Part shown: piece by piece, positions 14,516 through 26,505 of the stretch
Layout: every line of letters starts with the position of its first letter
Numbering within the stretch: the first letter of the stretch is position 1
NCBI RefSeq assembly: GCF_006345805.1
Contig: NC_043022.1
Span: 18,972,001 to 19,036,000 of the forward strand
Direction of reading: 5' to 3'
From: Octopus sinensis
Taxonomy: Eukaryota
Length of the DNA stretch: 64,000 nt
Made by a program: the position numbers and the translations under genes
The notes under the pieces: generated by a model
What the model was told of the DNA's origin: nothing
What the model saw: the letters and a program-made list of their open reading frames with translations, nothing else
Database searches by the model: none

Positions 14516-14545
14516 TAATAATAATAATAATAATAACAATAATAA
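14040..14545. repeat. (AAT)n microsatellite, ~500 bp
   Basis: Seen directly. Confidence 0.97.
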
Positions 14546-14613
14546 TGGTTTCAAATTTTGGAACAAAGCCAGTGATTTAAGGGAATAGTTATTTTGATTA
14601 AGGATCTACTGAC

Positions 14614-14823
14614 CTTTGGTACAATTTCTGGCCGGTTTCTCAATTTGGACACCAGTGAGAATTCCGATGGTCGGGCTACATACATGGAATCGTCCTCGAA
14701 GACAGAATTTTGCTGTAACGTTTACCATCAAGGTTGAGGTAGTCTGGTGCAGGTGAACAAGAAATGTGGCGCCCGGTTTTAGAAAATTTTTTCCCCATTC
14801 TACATCAATGCTGATTGTTTTAT
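14614..14823 (-). CDS. Same gene, exon 15
   Basis: cttcaag acceptor (AAG), G|gtcagt donor, 210 nt, phase 1 to 1. DKTISIDVEWGKNFLKPGATFLVHLHQTTSTLMVNVTAKFCLRGRFHVCSPTIGILTGVQIEKPARNCTK. Not in the ORF track. Confidence 0.83.
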
Positions 14824-14944
14824 CTTGAAGTTGAAAAGAGAATTTTACAAGATAGCATCAGTGATGGGGAATAAACAATCCTTATTTATATTATTTACAT
14901 TATTTACATTCGGCTGATATTTGTCCTCATCTTGTTTGTTGTTA

Positions 14945-14988
14945 ACACAACATTTCGGCTGATATACCCTCCAGCCTTCTTCAGGTGT
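14945..14988 (-). ncRNA. Minimal hammerhead ribozyme motif (Penelope-type), slightly decayed
   Basis: acac-CTGAAGA-a-ggctg(gagggtatat)cagcc-GAAA-tgtt-gtgt. Stems I and II pair; GAAACGT has become GAAATGT. Confidence 0.65.
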
Positions 14989-15074
14989 CTTAGTTTAAAT
15001 TGATAAAGAAAAGAAAAAAGAACTCATAAAAAAAAACAAAGGAAACATAATGTAAAATAAAAGCAATCATTATA

Positions 15075-15530
15075 GGCGTAGGAGTGGCTGTGTGGTAAGT
15101 AGCTTGCTTACCAACCACATGGTTCCGGGTTCAGTCCCACTGCGTGGCATCTTGGGCAAGTGTCTTCTGCTATAGCCCCGGGCCAACCAATGCCTTGTGA
15201 GTGGATTTGGTAGACGGAAACTGAAAGAAGCCTGTCGTATATATATATATATATATTATATATATATATTATATATATATATATGTTGTGTGTGTGTGTG
15301 TGTATGTGTGTGTGTATGTCTGTGTTTGTCCCCCTAGCATTGCTTGACAACCGATGCTGGTGTGTTTACGTCCCTGTCACTTAGCAGTTCGGCAAAAAGA
15401 GACCGATAGAATAAGTACTGGGCTTACAAAGAATAAGTCCCGGGGTCGATTTGCTCGACTAAAGGCGGTGCTCCAGCATGGCCGCAGTTAAATGACTGAA
15501 ACAAGTAAAAGAAAGAAAGAAAGAAAAGAA
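15075..15530 (+). mobile_element. tRNA-derived SINE family A, full copy with internal microsatellite
   Basis: GGCGTAGGAGTGGCTGTGTGGTAAG (A box)...GGTTCAGTCCC (B-box-like), internal (TA)n(TG)n, tail GACTGAAACAAGTAAAAG. Many copies: 3195-3589(-), 5185-5601(-), 9470-9802(+), 26539-26930(+), 35930-36336(-), 38498-38925(-), 39410-39782(-), 46631-47068(-), 50970-51369(-), 52810-53060(+), 60391-60806(-). Confidence 0.9.
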
Positions 15531-15534
15531 ATAC

Positions 15535-15732
15535 CTTTTGCCATTGTGGTTGTCTTTCCTGTTCTGATGTAAAATTGACTTGTGCAGCTGTCGTATTTGA
15601 GACCGACTTCTGTTGAGGCTTGGACACCATGGAAATTCAGCTCCACATTACAGGTTAGTCCGAGGCAGTCTTTGTCCGGGATGCAGACGTGCCCCAGTCC
15701 GCTAGATATTACACCCCGCATGCCGGTGCAAA
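15535..15732 (-). CDS. Same gene, exon 14 (Cys-rich module)
   Basis: cgacag acceptor, G|gtattt donor, 198 nt, phase 1 to 1. VCTGMRGVISSGLGHVCIPDKDCLGLTCNVELNFHGVQASTEVGLKYDSCTSQFYIRTGKTTTMAK. Confidence 0.87.
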
Positions 15733-16000
15733 CTGTCGACAGAAATAATAAGGACGATGATGGTGATGATGATGATGATGATGATGATGGTGACGATAAT
15801 TCTCCAAACTTTAACTAAGGGGGGACCAATGCAAGAGGGATCAAAACGGTTGTTGTGATTAATAAAGACTCTCATGAACTCCATTTTCTCTTTCTCTCTT
15901 TTTGTTATACACACACATATATATACATAGATATACATACATATATATGCATGCACACACATACACACCCATATATGTACATCTACATATATATATATAT

Positions 16001-16032
<32 letters not shown>

Positions 16033-16361
16033 TGAGACCCCCTTCGGTCATGACTGACCATGTGATTGCACCTAGAAAGTTATCCTCCTAGACACAAGTC
16101 CGGGCAAGGTTGTTATGGAAGACCAGCAGTTGCCCATGCATACCAGCCTCCCCGCTCCACGCCACCAGTGTTATCCAAGGGAAAGGCAAAGGGGCCGATA
16201 CAGCTTGGCACCAGTGACATCGCAACTCATTTCTACAGCTGAATGAACTGGAGCAACATGAAATAAAGTGTCTTGCTCAAGAACACAACACGCAGCCCGG
16301 TCCGGGATTCGAGCTCACAATCTCACGATTGTAAGTGCGACACTCTAACCACTGAGCCATG

Positions 16362-16404
<43 letters not shown>

Positions 16405-16500
16405 GTGTATATATATATATATAAACCACCTTTTATCAATTCAACAATGAAAAAATTAAATTATACCATATAGAAAAAAATTTAATATAATATAATGTGT

Positions 16501-16560
<60 letters not shown>

Positions 16561-17062
16561 GCATCCAAGCAGAAACAAATCCAAAGATTTTTAACTTGTT
16601 GGTGTTTAAACCAGCCACATCCAACCAAAATATTCTGCATTTTACGTTCAAGCAAACCAGATCCGACCTCTCACACCTATCCTACAATGTCATTCTAAAA
16701 ATATACAATCAGATGATTGAAATTACGAAGGCTGAAGATAAAATACACGATGAATTCAAACCAATGTGAATAAACATGCATCGTATTCGACAGAGAGTAA
16801 CGTGAATGCCAAAGGGTTAAGAAGTGTCCCCAGTCTGAGAGAACGAGATTTTTCTTTTCTACTCTAGGCACAAAACCCGAAAGTTTTGGTGTGTGCGTAT
16901 GTGTGTGTGTGGGGGGGGCAGTTGATTAGCTCCACCCCAGTGCACAACTGGTACTTATTTTATCGATCCGAAAGGATGAAGAGAACGAGATATTTCAGAA
17001 AATGGCTTTATTATGAAGTTCAGTTACTGTTTTCCATCTTTGGGCTATATACACCATAACTC

Positions 17063-17115
<53 letters not shown>

Positions 17116-17119
17116 CTGA

Positions 17120-17163
<44 letters not shown>

Positions 17164-17294
17164 GTAGTGGTGGTGGTGGTGTGGTGGTGGTGGTGGTAGT
17201 AGTTGTAGCAGCAGTAATAGTAGTAGTAGTGGTGGTGGTGGAGGTGGAGGTGGTGATGGTCTTGATGGTGGTGGTATTTGTGGTGGTGGTGGTG

Positions 17295-17328
<34 letters not shown>

Positions 17329-17329
17329 C

Positions 17330-17381
<52 letters not shown>

Positions 17382-17487
17382 GCAGTAGTTGTAGTGGTAG
17401 TAGTAGTAGTAGAAGCAGTGGCAGCAGCAGTAGTAGTAGTAGTAGTAGTAGTTGTCAAATGGAGAAAATATTAAGGGTAACACTTAC

Positions 17488-17762
17488 CCAGACCAGGCAG
17501 TTTCCTTACTCGGTCGATCAAACTGACGTGATCCCCGTGCTGTGACGAGATACCAAATCCACCCAACAGATTCTGCAGTTGTGGTAAGGAATATGCTTTG
17601 GCAGGCATGGCAGGTATATTTCTCTTGGCTTTGTTGAATTCCTCGGCCATATGCAACAATATGTCGGCTTTTGTGTGGTTCGATCTGCCCCGCAGTAAGG
17701 ACAAGATGCTCCCGATGGTGTGCTGGGGCGCCGTGCCTTCGTTACTCTGATTAAAGAGGTTG
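17488..17762 (-). CDS. Same gene, exon 13 (SAP-like motif)
   Basis: tttccag acceptor, G|gtaagt donor, 275 nt, phase 2 to 1. NLFNQSNEGTAPQHTIGSILSLLRG...AYSLPQLQNLLGGFGISSQHGDHVSLIDRVRKLPGL. Confidence 0.88.
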
Positions 17763-17826
17763 CTGGAAAATAAAAATGACACCAACCTATGATTAGTCCA
17801 TTATTGGTAGTTGGGGTGGCAGTAGT

Positions 17827-17892
<66 letters not shown>

Positions 17893-18440
17893 ATGGTAGT
17901 AGTAGTAGTAGTAGTGATGGTAGTAGTAGTAGTAGTAGTGGTGGTTGTGGTTGTGGTGGTAGTGGTGGTGGTGGTGGTATTGGTGGTTGGGGTGGTATTG
18001 GTGGTTGGGGTGGTGGTGGTGGTATTGGTGATTGTGGTGGTCGTAGTAGCAGTAGTGGTTGTAGTGGTTGAGGTGGTGGTAGTAGTGGAAATTTACAGAA
18101 AAACAAAAAGATAGGTGTATAAACAACAAACAGGTGTATTAGTTTAATGCTCGGAAAAGTGAGAAAGTCTTTTACATTTCGAGCCTATGCTCTTCAAGAG
18201 AAAGGAACATGAGGAAATAAACAGAGAGAATAAATAATAACTTAATAGCTAGCAGTTATCTATTTATCTATCTATTTATCTATCTATCAATTTATTTATC
18301 TATCTTTCTATCTATCCATCCATTTATCTATCTATCTATCTATCCATTTATCCATCTATCTATCTATCCATTTATCTATCTATCCATTTATCTATCTATC
18401 TTTCTATCTATCTATCTATCTATCTATCTATTTATCTATT

Positions 18441-18487
<47 letters not shown>

Positions 18488-18972
18488 CATTTATCTATCT
18501 ATCTATCTATCTACTTATCTATCTGTCTATCTGTGTCTGTTTGTCTGTCTATCTATTTATCTGCTTAACTATCTGTCTGTCAGCTTGTATGTTTACTCAG
18601 TGGAACTGAACCCAGAACTATGTAGTTAGAACGTGAGCTTCTTACCACACAGCCACACTTATATATGTGTGTGTGTGTGTGTATGTATGTAGCCATCTAT
18701 GAATCATACATATACACCATTAACAGGCCAGTAAATGCAGTATTTTTCCCGAGATAACATTTCCTATGGACTTAATGTATTATAAGCACAATAAATATTA
18801 GATAAAGACGAAAATCATCCCATGTGTGGCCAGCGAAAACACCAGATTCACATTGTGGATATTTGGTACCTTCCCAATGGCACATGCTCACAGCTAGTCA
18901 TACGCTCCAGGAGAAGATGAGAAGAATGAAAATCAAACCAACAAAAGATAAAACAAAAATTATGGAACTCAC

Positions 18973-19178
18973 AAAACCATAGATTTTGCTGCCAACATGC
19001 TCCGTCTAAAATCTTCAGTGAAAGATTTAGCTTCTCCTTGATCGAAACCCCTAGGACGGTAAGGTGGTTTTGGATCATGTTTTTGGTTTTTAAATTTGTC
19101 CATATTCTTCAACATTCCTCGCTTGTAGTTTTTGGCAATTTTCTTTGCCTTTTCTACAGCTGAATGACTGTCAAACAC
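18973..19178 (-). CDS. Same gene, exon 12
   Basis: tcttcag acceptor, TT|gtgagt donor, 206 nt, phase 0 to 2. VFDSHSAVEKAKKIAKNYKRGMLKNMDKFKNQKHDPKPPYRPRGFDQGEAKSFTEDFRRSMLAAKSMV. Confidence 0.87.
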
Positions 19179-20240
19179 CTGAAGAAAAAAAAACATGGAA
19201 TGGCAGCAGATTGGACATTTCCAGAACTTGCTTTGCACAAACTCTTCTTCAACATCATCATCATTATTATTTTTAATTAGCTGACCTCTTACCATCAAAA
19301 ATGATGGCTAATTGTGGTATTTTATATATAAATAAGGTGGAAAGACAGAATCATCATCATCATCACTGCTATTGCTTAACATCCGCTTTCCATGCTGGCA
19401 TGGGTTGGACGGTTTGAGTGGGGCTGACATGCTGGAAGGCTGCACCAGGATCCAGTCTGATTTGGTATGGTTTTCTATGGCTGGATGCCCTTCCTAATGC
19501 CAACCTCTCCGAGAGTGTAATGGGTGCTTTTATGTGCCACCAGCATGGGTGTCATTTGTGTGACACCGGTATCAGCCATGACTGCGATTTTGCTTGGCTT
19601 GATGGGCCTACTTCTTGAGCACCTCATAATGCCAAAGCTCTTGGCCATTGCCTCCGTGAGGCCCAACACTTGAAAGGAACTCAGTCACTTTGCCTCCATG
19701 AGGCCCAATGCTCAAAAAGAATTCTGCCACCTCACCTCTGAGAGGCCCTTTCAAGATGAACTTGGCCACCTCGCCTCTGTGAGGCCCAACACTTGAAAGG
19801 AACTCAGCCACTTTGCCTCCAGGTGGCTCAGAAGCTCGGCCACTTTGCCTCCATGGTAACAATGATGATGATGATGATGATGATGATGACGATGACGATG
19901 ATAATGATGACGATGATCATGATGACAGTGATAATGATGACAATGATGATGACGACAATGATGACGACGACGATGATGATGACGACGACGATGATGATGA
20001 TGAAGATGATGATGATGATGATGATAATGATGACAATGATAATGATGACAACGATAACAACGACAATGATGACAGCAGTGATGATGATGATGTGAATGCT
20101 GCTGCTACTGATGATGATGATGATGATGAGGTTACTAATGATAATGACATTAAACACGTGATTTTTGAAATTGTGCCCCCTGAGCAACGACCCCTGTAGC
20201 TCTGGCCATGTTACACCACCGACAGTTTCAGCCAACTTAC

Positions 20241-20609
20241 CTGTCCAATGTGGGTAAACTTGTAATCATTACATTCCTGGACCCAGTGAGGCCTTGGCAA
20301 CATTCGATCGATGTAAGCACCGGGGTCCAAGTAAGTGTAGTCCTCATCATTGCTACTTTTATCCTGTCGGGATTTCCGTACAGCCACATGGATAGAGTTG
20401 GGTTGGCAGTTGGAGTGAATGGCATGACCCAGAATTGAACCAGCAACCATGAAGAAACCACCTTTCTCTTGTGTCCCTTTGATAATTTCCTCTGTTGGTT
20501 TCACATTTGCAATTATGATCTCGTAATCGTAGAATCCAGCAGCAGACGGTGCGATGAGAATCTCGTTTTCACTTCGGACAGTTATCACACCAGTCATTGG
20601 ATTCACCAC
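20241..20609 (-). CDS. Same gene, exon 11 (M23/LECT2-like domain)
   Basis: ttccag acceptor, CAG|gtaagt donor, 369 nt, phase 0 to 0. VVNPMTGVITV...MVAGSILGHAIHSNCQPNSIHVAVRK...YLDPGAYIDRMLPRPHWVQECNDYKFTHIGQ. Confidence 0.9.
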
Positions 20610-21084
20610 CTGGAAGGGAATAAAATGGCTATGAGACGGGAGGTGAGTATTCGTCCACACAGATTGTGTTGAAGTTAGAACTGACATATATACATACATA
20701 CATACATATACATAATCTCCGAAGAGGCCTTGTGATATTTTTGTTAATGTCTCATTTATATCCATATATTGTTCAGCCATAAAGGGCTAATATTGGTAAA
20801 ATGAGACATACTTATCGACATGGCCGAAACAGCTGTAAGATCTAATTTATACTTATATTTATGTTTACTTGTATTTATATTCTCTTTTATATATATTCTA
20901 CTTATTATACAACATTACTCTTTTATGAACACTTTTTTATGTACATTCCTTTATGTACACTGATTTATTCTGCTTTTTATATTTAACTCTACAGTCTCTT
21001 ATGTGGTGGTTTAATAAAGTATGTGATTGAGTATTATCTGGTAATTGATATTTGATTTAGATGTATTTCTCCATTTTCTTATCT

Positions 21085-21136
<52 letters not shown>

Positions 21137-21620
21137 TAAATATAAGGGTAGCAAAAAATTCTAGAAAAAATTTTCCGCTACCAGCGGTCCAGTGACGGTC
21201 CAGTGAGAAGTAAAAGATAGTCAAAAACTATATAATATACATTCAACAATATAAGGAATGGCCATAATAGGACATTCGACTCACTAGAAAGAGCAGCCAA
21301 ACTCAACCGCTAATAGTTGTAATTCAGAATCACAACTATTAACGGTTTGAGTTTGGCTGCTCTTTCTAGTGAGTCGAATGTCCTATTATGGCCATTCCTT
21401 ATATTTTTGAATGTATATCAATAAAGCATATTACTCTACCACTGGTATTTGAGTACTCTTTTTTCCACCTTGTTTCACTCTGGTATATATATATATATGT
21501 ATATATTTAACTGGTATATATATATGTATATATTTAACTGGTATATATATATATATATATGTATATATATACTGGTATATATATATGTATATATTTAACT
21601 GGTATATATATATATATATG

Positions 21621-21654
<34 letters not shown>

Positions 21655-21685
21655 ATTATATATAATATATATATATAATATATAT

Positions 21686-21736
<51 letters not shown>

Positions 21737-22485
21737 TATATATACAGATATAGATATAGATATATAGATATATATTCGTTTTTGGGTTTGGTTTGCAAGA
21801 TTCTTTATATGAGTTCGTGTGTTGAAGCATATTCTGTTGTGTCTGGGGAGAGTCATTCTCTTTTAGTGCCTTATAATGCAACACACACACCGGTAAAATT
21901 TCCACTTATTTCTTATTTTTATTTTCCTAAAATTTTCGTTGCATCTTGCAACCTTTTCAATAGTTTTGACTCTGTCCGTTATTTACACTGCGTTCCTTTT
22001 CGTTTGTTTGTGCGCATGTGTGGGGGGTCAGTGTGTGTGTGTTTGTATGTGCCTATACATGCATGCATGTACCTATGTATGTATGTGTGTGTTTGCATGT
22101 GTATGTATGTATATATGTGTGTGTATGCATATGTATATTTGTATGTATGTGTGTGTTTGCATGTGTATGTATGTATATGTGTGTGTGTATGCATATGTAT
22201 ATTTGTATGTATGTGTATGCATCTGTATGTACGTATCCTGCATATTTATGTGCTTGCCTGTCTGTGTTTGTGTATTTTCTATGTGTGTGTGTGTGTGTGA
22301 GCATGTGTTTGTATGTGTATGCACCTCTGTCTCCTTGTGTGTGCATATCTGTGTGTGTGTGTGTGTGTGTGTGTTATGCAACTATGTACCATGTTTGTAT
22401 GTATGGATGTGCATCTTTATATGTGTGGATCCGTGTCTTCATATGCGTCTGTTCTTGTAATCTATGTACTTATCCGTCTGAATTA

Positions 22486-22540
<55 letters not shown>

Positions 22541-22574
22541 TGTGTGTTTGTGTGTGTGTGTGTGTGTGTGTACT

Positions 22575-22990
22575 CAAGCAACTACACAAGGACTACACAG
22601 TTGTGCCCAATTTGGTTCTAAAAGAAATCAACTACAAAAATAGAGATTTTGTTTTTAAACTTGAACTTGATGATAGGACCAAACCTTCCACACCTCGTTA
22701 ACCCTGAATAAACTTAAAGGATCACAAAGAAAACTTCACACCGAACCCTTCAGGTTTACCTCATCTGCCCTTCCAGCTGTGATATAGGTAAGATCAGCAA
22801 AAATTATACTCAATTGGGTAAAACCCCCACTTTCCAGCACATCTACATTAAAACTTTGGACCAAAACCACTGAAGCCACCCAATGGTTCAATTCTCTATG
22901 CTCTAAGCACACTTTTAAACTTACACAATTCGACATTGATCAATACTACTCCGGCATATCTCCTATCCTTCTAAATCTATTTCCCAAACA
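22575..22990 (+). mobile_element. Penelope-like element reverse transcriptase fragment (decayed)
   Basis: Frameshifted or stop-interrupted translation LELDDR...NLKDHKENF...DIGKISK...LWTKTTEATQWFNSL...TQFDIDQYYSGISP, matching the PLE RT pattern TLKDHKENF / IGKISK / FDIxxFYPSI. Confidence 0.75.
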
Positions 22991-23039
22991 CAAATAATAA
23001 TAACCCCACCCTACCTTTTCCCCCAAACCCTCATAAATT

Positions 23040-23290
23040 TTTTGACAAATGCTGCTTCGTCTCAGAGTTGAACCTGTAGACCCAACTTTCATCATCGGTG
23101 ATGATTCTCGACATGAAGGATGGGTCATCCGCAGCATGCTGATGGAGGTCTTGACAGACTTCGATGCGGTGTTCTTTCTGCTCTCTTGTTCTTTCTGCTC
23201 TCTTGATAGAGACATGCTGCATGCTCAATTCAGATGTAAGGATTGCCTGCACAGATCCATATGGCAGACGAAAGAAATCAGCAATGGGCA
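23040..23290 (-). mobile_element. Mariner transposase fragment
   Basis: YGSVQAILTSELSMQHVS...EQKEHRIEVCQDLHQHAADDPSFMSRIITDDESWVYRFNSETKQ, matching the mariner IITGDESWxYxYDPETKQQS motif. Confidence 0.9.
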
Positions 23291-23473
23291 TTAAAGAATG
23301 ATGATGATGATTAAGAAGAAGAGGGCTCGGAGGAGCAACAACAACAACAATGACAAAAGCAATAACAACAACAATGACAAAAGCAATAACAACAACAATA
23401 AAAACAAAAACAAGAAGTAAAAGTGTCGCATTTTTTTGATACAAGAAATTAGAAAGTTCCAGAAAAGTCTCAC

Positions 23474-23648
23474 CCTTGAATCTGATTCTAATAATAAATC
23501 CAAGCCTTTAGTCTTGAACTGCCCCCCAGAATTTGTGGGGTAGACGCCTGGGCCACACTGTTGTGTCTCTGGTCGTCTTTCATTTGGGAAGCTTCTGTGG
23601 AATTTCTTGCCAAAAATCTTCTTGATTTGGGACATGCCCTCGTCAACT
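23474..23648 (-). CDS. Same gene, exon 10 (start of M23/LECT2-like domain)
   Basis: gtttcag acceptor, AGG|gtgaga donor, 175 nt, phase 2 to 0. [58 protein letters not shown]. Confidence 0.88.
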
Positions 23649-23854
23649 CTGAAACATGAATTTCAAAGAAATAATATGCATGTACTGTATATGTATATGT
23701 ATATGTGTGCACATGTGTGCGCGCATGCTTGTGTGTGTGTGTGCTGTAATGGGTGCATTTATGTGTGTATTGATATATGTATATATACAAATATATGCAT
23801 ATATATATATATATATATATACATGTATATATATGCATATATACAAATATATGC

Positions 23855-24001
<147 letters not shown>

Positions 24002-24023
24002 ATATAAACATACATGTATATAT

Positions 24024-24252
24024 GGCGGCGAGCTGGCAGAAACGTTAGAACACCAGGTGAAATGCTTAGCGGTATTTCATCTGTCGTTACGTTCTGAGTT
24101 CAAATTCCACCGAGGTCGACTTTGCCTTTCATCTTTTCAGGGTCGATAAATAAAGTACCAGTTTCACACTGGGGTCGATATAATCGACAATCCCTTTGTC
24201 TGTCCTTGTTTGTCCCCTCTATGTTTAGCCCCTTGTGGGCAGTAAAGAAATA
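24024..24252 (+). mobile_element. tRNA-derived SINE family B
   Basis: GGCGGCGAGCTGGCAGAAACGTTAG...GAGTTCAAATTCC...GCCTTTCATCCTTTCGGGGTCGATAAA...AAAGAAATA. Copies at 25438-25666, 38060-38290, 48336-48566 (+) and 45835-46250 (-, partly duplicated). Confidence 0.88.
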
Positions 24253-24294
24253 TAGATAAACATACATGTATATATATATAGATACATATGTATC

Positions 24295-24369
<75 letters not shown>

Positions 24370-24929
24370 TGTATGTGTATGTATATATAATTGTTAAAGA
24401 AGACAACAAACATTAAAGCAAGTCAACTAAGAAGTAGGCAGGGTTATAATCTCAGTCACTCATATGTTATGGCAACTAAGTTAAACTCTGGTTTTATGAG
24501 TTTTTGGGGGCTCATGACAGACCTAACACTTCCTTTCATATGACCCCAGTCCATTCACCTGTAAATGTGTTCCAGCAATAGCTGGGAAGTGAACTCTGCA
24601 ATGATTGGCATCCCATTAAGGAGCAGGGTGGGAGGTTGTAATCTCAGTCACTTATATGCCATGGCAGCCAATTTAAGCTCTGGTTTTATAAGTCTTTGGA
24701 GCTTGTGGCCGACCCAACACTTTTTTTCATATAGCCACAGTCCACTAAGCTGTAAATGGGTCCCAACAATAGCTGGGAAGTTAACCCCATCACATGCTGG
24801 CATCCAGTCCAGAGTAGGGAAATGTTATAACCCCAGTCACTTGTATGCCATAGAAACCCAGTTTTCATGGTTTGGGCCTTGCGAATCAAAGGGTTTATGA
24901 CAGACCAAACCCCAAGTCTGTGTGTGCAT

Positions 24930-24981
<52 letters not shown>

Positions 24982-25080
24982 TTGTGTTTGTGTCTGAGCA
25001 GGTAGTTTTATTGAATATCTAAAATGAGGCAAGTGGGGTATGGAATAATGGTGTTAAGGTCATCACAAAATATGACTTAC

Positions 25081-25247
25081 GTTTTCTTGGTGAACTCATA
25101 GGCTTTCTTCACTGTTTTAATTATGTTAACGATGTCTTTAAATAGACGTACAAAGGGTTTGGCGATGTCCTTAATGTTAATTAAGGGACTAATAATGTCC
25201 CACAGCTCTCCAGTCAGTTCCTTCATCAACAACCATTCATGTCTTTG
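25081..25247 (-). CDS. Same gene, exon 9
   Basis: ctacag acceptor, AC|gtaagt donor, 167 nt, phase 0 to 2. QRHEWLLMKELTGELWDIISPLINIKDIAKPFVRLFKDIVNIIKTVKKAYEFTKK. Confidence 0.88.
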
Positions 25248-25294
25248 CTGTAGATTGGATCAGGAATAGAAATAAAGGGAGATATAAATAGATT

Positions 25295-25357
<63 letters not shown>

Positions 25358-25736
25358 CGATAGATAGATATATAGATAGATAGATAGATAAATAGATGGA
25401 TGGATAGATAGATAGTAGATAGTTATGTAGATAGATTGGCAACGAGCTAGCAGAAACGTTAGCATGCCGGACAAAATGCTTAACCGTATTTCGTCTGCTG
25501 TTACGTTCAGAGTTCAAATTCCACCGTGGTCGACTTTACCTTTCATCCTTTAGGGGTCGATAAATTGAGTACCAGTTACGCACTGTTGTTGATAATCGAC
25601 TTAATACCTTTGTCTGTCCTTGTTTGTCCCCTCTATGTTTAGCCCCTTGTGGGCAATAAAGAAATAGGTATGTAGATAGATAGATAGAATGAGTCTCTCA
25701 GGATAATTCAGACGAGATGGAGTTAATTTACCAGTT

Positions 25737-26505
25737 TGTAATAAGGTTACCCAATAGTAATAGTTCTGTAACAGGATGTTAGGGTCACAAGGCAGAATGC
25801 CGGTTGAAACATGTTGTGTAGCAGTTGTGGCTTCAATACTGTGCCAGGTTACATTGGTACAGAAGATCTCACAGGTAATGCTGTGCTGTTAACCTCGGTG
25901 AAAATCACAACAGTGTGTATGCTAAACCTGAGCGAGTTGCTGTGTACGTATTGGTGTTGCTGGAGATGAAGGCGACGGAAATGGAGATGACGTGAAGTTG
26001 AAGGACAACGATGGTGATGGCGACGACAGAGAAAACCGTCATCAAGGTGAAGGCATCGGTGGTGGAAACGTCCTGCGTTGCTGGTGTGTGTTAGCGTCGT
26101 CGTTAGCTGAAGCAGGAAAATGGCTGGCTGGTCCAGTCATCTGTCACTGGAACTGGAACTGGCTGAGCCGCTGGAACATGGTTGAGTCGCTCTGTGGTCA
26201 GAGGTAAGCCCTGAGAAGGACTAGAACCAAAGACAAGAAATAGTGATTTGCTGGCGCCTTTTATAACCTGCTAAAGGCTCCAGTGCAAACCCAAAAAGGC
26301 TGTGTCATGGGACCTTATCCGAAGGCCGTGATTGGTTGGATAACACACTGGCACAAAATAAGTCGAGAGACAAACTTCACGAATGTCAACCAATCAGGGT
26401 AGTGGATGCAACAGGGTCGAAATAGCCGAAGATGGTTGCTATCTAACACAAGATCATTTCTAATACATCTCTCAAACAGTGAGGATATCACCTAGCTACG
26501 CTACA
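25737..26505 (-). mobile_element. Probable solo LTR
   Basis: Minus strand reads TGTAGCG...TTATTACA (TG..CA termini), with two CCAAT boxes then GGTTATAAAAG (TATA). GC-richer than flanks. TSD is imperfect (cagtt/catta). Confidence 0.55.
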
